Assembly: GCA_034189135.1 (NCBI GenBank)
Contig: JAXHVO010000026.1
Location: 64,900-128,899 of the forward strand
Length of the DNA stretch: 64,000 bases
Direction of reading: 5' to 3'
DNA from: Thermodesulfobacteriota bacterium
Lineage (GTDB): Bacteria; Desulfobacterota; Desulfobacteria; Desulfobacterales; JAUWMJ01
The notes beneath the pieces were generated by a model. It did not search any database and had not been told where the DNA came from. It saw only the letters and a program-made list of their open reading frames with translations. The translations under genes were made by a program, and so were the position numbers. This document shows, in pieces, positions 1 to 4,957 of the stretch. The stretch's first letter is position 1; each line of letters opens with the position of its first letter.

Positions 1-409
1 TTTAATTATTGATTCACCCCCGGGAACAGGTGATGAACCATTGACAATCGCCCAGACAATTAAAGATGCCAGAGCAATTATTGTTACCACCCCACAGGAA
101 GTTTCCTTGGCCGACGTCAGAAAATCGATTAATTTCTGTAAAACAGTTAAAATGGAGATTTTTGGTTTAATAGAGAATATGAGCGGTTTTGAGTGCCCAC
201 ACTGCGGCAAAACAATAAACCTGTACGGGTCAGGCGGCGGAGAGAACACCGCCCAGGCGATGGGTGTACAGTTTCTCGGTAGAATTCCATTTGACCCGCA
301 TGTGGTACAGTGCGGGGATTCCGGCACCTCTATTCTGGATACACATAAAGACTCCATGGTAACCAAAGCGTTTGAAAAGGTGGCTACAAAAATGTCCGAA
401 CTGGTGTAA
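1..409 (+). CDS. Mrp/NBP35 (ApbC-like) P-loop ATPase / Fe-S cluster carrier, C-terminal part (5' end outside window)
   Basis: The frame is open from base 2 and reads LIIDSPPGTGDEPLT, the Mrp/NBP35 signature. It is followed by ENMSGFECPHCG, the CxxC pair typical of this family. Stop at 407-409. Confidence 0.85.
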   Translation, partial: LIIDSPPGTGDEPLTIAQTIKDARAIIVTTPQEVSLADVRKSINFCKTVKMEIFGLIENMSGFECPHCGKTINLYGSGGGENTAQAMGVQFLGRIPFDPHVVQCGDSGTSILDTHKDSMVTKAFEKVATKMSELV

Positions 410-471
410 TATGACATTTTTTAGGTGAAGGTAATCGTTTGGTTTCCAAGGTAGGGTACAGATTTTCATAA

Positions 472-559
472 ATGAACACGGATTTTCCAAATTCTTGTTC
501 TATTGTTGACATTTTAAAAATGAAAATTAATATATCCATGTAATCCGTGTTCATCCGTG
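472..559 (+). promoter_or_regulatory. Sigma70-like promoter bracketed by a perfect 13-bp inverted repeat (candidate operator pair)
   Basis: ATGAACACGGATT (472-484) and AATCCGTGTTCAT (542-554) are exact reverse complements. TTGACA at 506-511 and TAATAT at 528-533 lie between them. A second TCCGTG at 554-559 follows the first by 10 bp. The region is upstream of the 612 ATG. Confidence 0.45.
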
Positions 560-611
560 TCCCTTTATTGAAAACGACAAAGTATAAAAAAATTTTTGGA
601 GGAAATTTATA

Positions 612-944
612 ATGAAATTTGCAATACCATTGGCTGAAGGAAAATTGACGGCTCATTTTGGGCATTGTCAGGAGTTTGCACTTGTTGAAGTTGAACAAAA
701 CGAAGTAAAAAATAAAGAAATTCTTGTGCCCCCGCCACATGAACCCGGAGTGCTTCCGAAATGGCTCCATGATATGGGTGCAAATGTGATTATTGCGGGA
801 GGAATGGGTGCCATGGCGGTCAACCTGTTTAACCAGAATGGGATAGAAGTGGTCACCGGAGCGCCGTCGTTAGAACCCGAAGTTCTGGTAAAGAGCTATC
901 TGGAAAATAATCTCGAAACCGGTGATAATGCCTGCGATCATTAA
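612..944 (+). CDS. NifB/NifX/NafY-type cofactor-binding domain protein (small DUF-like dinitrogenase FeMo-cofactor biosynthesis family)
   Basis: 110 aa: MKFAIPLAEGKLTAHFGHCQEF...NVIIAGGMGAMAV, the pattern of small NifX-like proteins. GGAGG lies 9 nt upstream of the ATG. Confidence 0.75.
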   Translation: MKFAIPLAEGKLTAHFGHCQEFALVEVEQNEVKNKEILVPPPHEPGVLPKWLHDMGANVIIAGGMGAMAVNLFNQNGIEVVTGAPSLEPEVLVKSYLENNLETGDNACDH

Positions 945-954
945 TTAAAAAAAA

Positions 955-1032
955 ATGGCTAAAATGGAAAAAGTTGCCATAGTCGGTTGTGGTGCTTATA
1001 TGGAAAGTGATTACGGTTGTGCAGGAGAATAA
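955..1032 (+). CDS. 25-codon ORF, possibly the 5' remnant of a Cys-rich (CGGC-type) gene
   Basis: Reads MAKMEKVAIVGCGAYMESDYGCAGE then stop. It starts 11 nt after the NifX-like stop. No continuation in any frame that I could follow. Confidence 0.2.
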   Translation: MAKMEKVAIVGCGAYMESDYGCAGE

Positions 1033-1103
1033 AACCGGGGTAAAGTTAGTTTCAGGTACACACGATTATGTGTAACAGCTGAGTTTGACAGATTCGTAGA
1101 AAG

Positions 1104-1136
1104 CTAGAAAACACCCTCTCCTCTAGTGGGAGAGGG
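1104..1136 (-). terminator. Intrinsic terminator of the DUF134-DUF5320 operon
   Basis: CCCTCTCC (1114-1121) pairs with GGAGAGGG (1129-1136). On the minus strand the hairpin is followed by TGTTTTCT. Confidence 0.5.
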
Positions 1137-1179
1137 TCGGTGCAAAAGGAAAGGGAAAGTATTATTTTTAAGGAGTTTA

Positions 1180-1321
1180 GAGACCTTTGAAAAATGATAA
1201 TTTTTGTTCGAGTTTAAGGAAGGTGAAAATTTCAACCACAGGAATATATTGAATATTTCGAGAATTGAAATTTGAACCTGACGCAGAAATCGGACAAAAA
1301 GTGCCTTTTTGCAAAGGTCTC
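1180..1321. repeat. MITE-like palindromic repeat, copy 1 (142 bp)
   Basis: Termini are GAGACCTTTGAAAAA ... TTTTTGCAAAGGTCTC (inverted). The internal hairpin is AAATTTCAA/TTGAAATTT. The 3' 101 bp are about 92% identical to 45021-45121. Confidence 0.8.
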
Positions 1322-1343
1322 GTTTATTAATCTCAGCAGGCAC

Positions 1344-1691
1344 CTATTCTGTAGGCTTTTTGCCCAACTCTTTTATTCGTTTATGGATGGCATCCAATGA
1401 GGTTTTGATATAATCTGCTTGGGTCTTTAGCATGCTCATTTCATCTTCCGCTGTCATTTGATAAAATGTGCCGCCAACAGGTGGATAAAACCCAAAGCCT
1501 CTGCCATATCCCGGGCCTACACCCATTCCCTGGCCGGCTCCGCCCCTGAAGCCGCGTCTTAAACCCATACCTCTGCCATAACCCCTTCCAAATTGCAGGT
1601 TGAATCCGGCATTTGCCGGATTGCAAACACCTCTTGCGCCACCGGTCATCGGACCGGCGCCCATTGGTCCACTTCCGTCAAATCCTGGCAT
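1344..1691 (-). CDS. DUF5320 family protein (Gly/Arg-rich N-terminus, C-terminal coiled coil)
   Basis: MPGFDGSGPMGAGPMTGGARGVC... with GRGYGRG repeats, then MTAEDEMSMLKTQADYIKTSLDAIHKRIKEL. AGGAGG RBS 7 nt upstream. Confidence 0.75.
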   Translation of the reverse strand: MPGFDGSGPMGAGPMTGGARGVCNPANAGFNLQFGRGYGRGMGLRRGFRGGAGQGMGVGPGYGRGFGFYPPVGGTFYQMTAEDEMSMLKTQADYIKTSLDAIHKRIKELGKKPTE

Positions 1692-1796
1692 GATAAGTTC
1701 CTCCTTTTTTAGCGTGATTGTAAGGGGATGGTTTCATCAAAAGCTACAAACTGTTTTTATGAAACCATCCATTTTGTGTGTTAGATTTATCAAATA

Positions 1797-2015
1797 TTAT
1801 CGGTTGCCACGGCCCCGGCCGATACCTCCGCCACGACCCTGACCTCTGCCGACACCTCTGCCTTGGCCTTGGCCTCTGCCGCCGCCCCGTCCTGATCCCA
1901 TGCCTCCCTGACCTCCCTGGGAAGGATTATTCCGGGTGCCTTTGCCGCATTTTCCTAAGCCTCTTCCAGTTTTAGGCCCCTGACCATCCGGTCCTGTTGC
2001 GTCACCTCTTGGCAT
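1797..2015 (-). CDS. Gly/Arg-rich small protein, DUF5320 N-terminal-like paralog lacking the coiled coil
   Basis: Start chosen at MPRGDATGPDGQGPKTGRGLGKC, with AAGGAGGTG 7 nt upstream. The C-terminus is GRGGGRGQGQGRGVGRGQGRGGGIGRGRGNR. Confidence 0.6.
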   Translation of the reverse strand: MPRGDATGPDGQGPKTGRGLGKCGKGTRNNPSQGGQGGMGSGRGGGRGQGQGRGVGRGQGRGGGIGRGRGNR

Positions 2016-2044
2016 ATGATTCACCTCCTTAACACTATTTATTT

Positions 2045-2374
2045 TCAAAACCTTCTGCCGCCTCTTCGCCGCTGACGTCGGTGCATCCCTCGAAATTTGT
2101 ATGTTCCACCACTTACCTTTAAGGCTTTTCCAGTCACCAGAGCTTCTCCAACCGTACTTCGCGCTTTTGCTAAAATCCTGCCATACGTTTGACGTGATAC
2201 TTTCATCATGCTGGCAGCAGCTTCCTGATCAAGATGCTCAAAATCGGTCAGTCTGATCGCTTCCAGTTCTTCTACAGAGAGAAAAACTTCACCTGTTACC
2301 GGCACTCCCTGAGGTATAAAAGCGATGATGGTGGGATATCCGGAAACAAATCTCGGTTTTATCGGTCTGGGCAT
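2045..2374 (-). CDS. DUF134 (UPF0251) family predicted HTH DNA-binding protein
   Basis: MPRPIKPRFVSGYP...FLSVEELEAIRLTDFEHLDQEAAASMMKVSRQTYGRILAKARSTV, a sigma-70 region-4-like HTH typical of DUF134. Confidence 0.8.
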   Translation of the reverse strand: MPRPIKPRFVSGYPTIIAFIPQGVPVTGEVFLSVEELEAIRLTDFEHLDQEAAASMMKVSRQTYGRILAKARSTVGEALVTGKALKVSGGTYKFRGMHRRQRRRGGRRF

Positions 2375-2618
2375 AAAGAAAACCTCATATTATGATCATT
2401 TGACCATAATATAAATACTGTAAAACATTTTGTCAAGGACTATTATGGGCATAGGCTCAAATAAAATTGTTTGATATTTTGTCTGAAGAATCTATAGCGG
2501 TTGTTTGAGACTTGGGGGTGAATAAGCAGTTGTATTAATACTCAGTTAGTTGAGGGATTGGGGAATTTTTCATCAATGCCTTTTTTGTGAACCATTTGCG
2601 CTTTAATGATTGTTAGAG

Positions 2619-2857
2619 GCTCATCCGGGGAAGCGACCCTATGCCGGTACAAGCCTTAACCAATGAGTATAGCGCTTTGTACACGCCCCCTATCTTTTAC
2701 GTTAAACCGATACAGGCAGTGATGATCATTGCCGCCGTGAAAATCTGTTTGATGGGGCTGGTTCAAATCCTATCTCAGCGAGATAGCTGCCGTACGTCAG
2801 TTTCTCGGTAATATTGTTAAGGCTTGTACCGGCATAGGGTCGCTTCCCCGGATGAGC
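2619..2857. ncRNA. Unclassified hairpin-closed conserved element, copy A (candidate structured RNA or invertible/cruciform DNA element)
   Basis: 2619-2660 is the exact reverse complement of 2816-2857 (42/42). The 155-nt core has a 114-nt block (2681-2794) that aligns without gaps to 49329-49442. Confidence 0.55.
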
Positions 2858-2891
2858 TGAGTAGAGATGGAAAAACGGCCCGAACCCTCAG

Positions 2892-3848
2892 TTAGTTATG
2901 GGAAAAGGAGGGATCTTCCTGGATTTGATAAAAAAACCCTCGATTTTGTTTCACCACTTTGATTTTTTTGTCTGCCTCAAGTACATCAAGATATTTATTC
3001 ACCTCATTCATATGCATACCCAGCAATTCGGTGAGATCCTGCAAGGTACAGGGGCGTCTTGCAATGGTTTCCAGAATGGCTGATTCGGCGTCTTTTCGAT
3101 AGGAGAGAAGTTCTTTCCGTTTGGGTGGTTTGGCGATTATTTCGGCATAATCAAGGTGCCAGAAATCAATAATGCTTTTAAGCTCGTTGCTGGTGGCTGA
3201 GCGAATATTCTGGACGGTTCCCGGCCTGTCCAATGTATTGAGTTGCACCCGGTCCGGTTTTATTTTTTCTATCGCGTCTTTAAGTGCAGTTAATTCCTCC
3301 TTTGTATTATTAATGCTGGGGACGATGAAAATTTCCAGCCAGATTTGTCCGGAATATTCTTTTCTAAATTGGATCAAGCCCTCGATAACGGTATCGATAT
3401 TAAGCTTTGGATTGGGCCGAACGATTTTGGCAAAAGATATTTCACTAGCCGCGTCTAAAGAAGGTATGACCACGGTGGCATCTTTGATATCGTCACGGAC
3501 ATTTTTCTGGAAAAGGAGTGTGCCGTTGGTAAGCACAGCCACAGGAATATTAAAAGCCTGTGTTTTGATGAAACGAATCACATCCCCAATGGCCGAATTT
3601 AAGGTGGGCTCACCAGAACCTGAGAATGTGATATAGTCCGGCTTCGGATGGTGAGACAAAAAATGAGAAAGTTCTTTCTTGATCTCTTCGAAGGGCACAT
3701 ATTCTCTACGATTTAAAGTAAGGTGAGTGGTTCGTCCGCATTCACAGTAGATACAGTTTAAGGTACATGTTTTCATGGGAACCAGATCGAGTCCCAATGA
3801 TATTCCCAATCGTCTTGAAGGTACCGGACCGAATAGATGGTTGTACAT
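2892..3848 (-). CDS. Radical SAM protein with C-terminal winged-helix-like domain
   Basis: The N-terminus reads GPVPSRRLGISLGLDLVPMKTCTLNCIYCECG, which contains the CxxxCxxC cluster motif. 318 aa. Confidence 0.8.
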   Translation of the reverse strand: MYNHLFGPVPSRRLGISLGLDLVPMKTCTLNCIYCECGRTTHLTLNRREYVPFEEIKKELSHFLSHHPKPDYITFSGSGEPTLNSAIGDVIRFIKTQAFNIPVAVLTNGTLLFQKNVRDDIKDATVVIPSLDAASEISFAKIVRPNPKLNIDTVIEGLIQFRKEYSGQIWLEIFIVPSINNTKEELTALKDAIEKIKPDRVQLNTLDRPGTVQNIRSATSNELKSIIDFWHLDYAEIIAKPPKRKELLSYRKDAESAILETIARRPCTLQDLTELLGMHMNEVNKYLDVLEADKKIKVVKQNRGFFYQIQEDPSFSHN

Positions 3849-4235
3849 AGATACGTCCTTTTTTATCGGTTAACAATTTTAATCATGGCGAGGTTATTGC
3901 TAAGCTTTTTTGAGTTTTTCGATGAACTGCATTTTTTGGTTTTTAGCTTTTATTCTTTAAGGGAATTTTATGCCTAATAAATCATATGTCAAGATTAATA
4001 GTAACTAGTTGCTTTAGGTGTTCACAGCTTGGTGTTTGAAGCAGCCTAACTGCATAAAAAATGATATTTCATTTTAAATGGCAGTTATCTTTTACCCATT
4101 GGATGAAAGCGATCAGTTTGAGTATTGGCAATAAAGTGTGATATGTCAATATATTATGAGCACTGAACGCTAAATTTTGTACCTTTGGACTATTCCATTC
4201 AGTTTTTTCTTGCTAATTTATCCTTACCAATATAT

Positions 4236-4307
4236 ATTTACACCGTTTACTCCATTTACACCAATTTCACCATTTTCACCATTTACACCATTTACACCAT
4301 TTATACT
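4236..4307. repeat. Tandem array, 8 x 9 bp (consensus ATTTACACC)
   Basis: Units read atttacacc gtttactcc atttacacc aatttcacc attttcacc atttacacc atttacacc atttatact. The array ends 37 nt before the response-regulator ATG. Confidence 0.9.
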
Positions 4308-4343
4308 AATTATATCGTTATGGCCAGGCGACAAAGGAGAAAT

Positions 4344-4916
4344 ATGAATAAAGAAAACGATGAGATATTTAGTATTCCACAGGCGGCAAAACGCTGCGCC
4401 ATAAGCAGATGGACGCTGATGAAGTGCGTGACTTCCGGTGAACTGAAGGCATCGCGCACACCCGGCGGACATTACAGAATTCTAAAAGGAGATCTGGAAG
4501 ATTTTATTATTAAAAAGAAGATGTATCCTTTGGTACACAACCATTCTTCCCATAAAAAGATCCTAATTGTAGACGATGATCCCCAGATTCAGAAATTTCT
4601 TACCGTAATGCTTTCAGCTAAAAGATACGAAACAGAAACGGCATCCAGTGGTTTTGAAGCCGGGGCCAAGGTGGTAAAATTTAATCCAGGCCTGATTGTC
4701 CTTGATTTGTTTATGCCGGAGATGAGCGGGTTTGAGGTCTGCAGACAGATAAAGAAAGATCCGGAAACCTCACATATAAAAATACTGGCCCTAACTGGCC
4801 ATGACAGCAAACAAAACAGGGACCGCATAATAGAAGCCGGGGCAGATGGCTATATGGTAAAACCGGTGGAAAAAGCAGACCTGTTTCGGTATGTCGAAGA
4901 GCTTTTGAATTTTTAG
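4344..4916 (+). CDS. Response regulator with N-terminal excisionase/MerR-type HTH and C-terminal receiver domain
   Basis: IFSIPQAAKRCAISRWTLMKCVTSGELKASRTPGGHYRI forms the HTH. KILIVDDDPQ...DLFMPEMSGFE...KILALTG...GADGYMVKP forms the REC domain. Start chosen at ATG 4344 (AAGGAGA RBS); the track ORF from 4185 reads through the 9-bp array. Confidence 0.8.
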   Translation: MNKENDEIFSIPQAAKRCAISRWTLMKCVTSGELKASRTPGGHYRILKGDLEDFIIKKKMYPLVHNHSSHKKILIVDDDPQIQKFLTVMLSAKRYETETASSGFEAGAKVVKFNPGLIVLDLFMPEMSGFEVCRQIKKDPETSHIKILALTGHDSKQNRDRIIEAGADGYMVKPVEKADLFRYVEELLNF

Positions 4917-4957
4917 GACTCGCTTAAAGATATCTTCAAAAAGGAAAATAAATTTTA

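Noticed and set aside
1228-1272. A CRISPR-repeat-like sequence on the minus strand (ATTTCAATTCTCGAAATATTCAATATATTCCTGTGGTTGAAAT).
   Set aside because: It occurs once per locus inside the MITE-like repeat. There is no array of repeats and spacers, and no cas genes in the window.
1104-1343. A 79-aa minus-strand ORF across repeat copy 1, with its counterpart at 45000-45185 across copy 2. They share RDLCKxALFVRFLRQxQISILEIFNIFLWLK.
   Set aside because: The shared peptide only reflects the shared DNA repeat. The ORFs start and end at unrelated positions in the two copies. The nucleotide differences inside the shared part are non-synonymous. No RBS is present.
2711-2745. A hammerhead-like GTGATGA ... 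GTGAAA pair in the core of element A.
   Set aside because: The corresponding bases in copy B are AGACGA ... GTGGGA, so the would-be catalytic core is not conserved.
2751-2775. A tRNA T-arm-like GGTTCAAATCC inside element A, which suggested a tRNA-like or Y-RNA-like module.
   Set aside because: The flanking bases cannot form a T-stem, and no cloverleaf can be drawn. The motif is not conserved in copy B, which reads GGCTCAAAATT.
2641-2814. A 57-codon ORF starting in the left arm of element A (MPVQALTNEYSALYTPPIFYVKPIQAVMIIAAVKICLMGLVQIL...), a possible small hydrophobic toxin.
   Set aside because: The equivalent frame in copy B has stop codons both upstream and inside. Substitutions between the copies are mostly non-synonymous in this frame.
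2654-2822. An attC-like reading of the arm/core junctions: CCTTAAC ... GTTAAGG in copy A and ACTTAAC ... GTTAAGT in copy B, resembling RYYYAAC ... GTTRRRY.
   Set aside because: In attC sites the pairing runs inward from the core sites. Here it runs outward for 35 more bp, and the inner flanks hardly pair. The 153-155-nt interior is conserved rather than variable. There is no integrase or cassette array nearby.
4185-4343. An N-terminal extension of the response regulator from TTG 4185, containing the IYTVYSIYTNFTIFTIYTIYTIYTNY repeat.
   Set aside because: The repeat peptide is a by-product of the 9-bp DNA array. A good RBS (AAGGAGA) precedes ATG 4344, and no RBS precedes 4185. The array is kept as a DNA-level observation instead.
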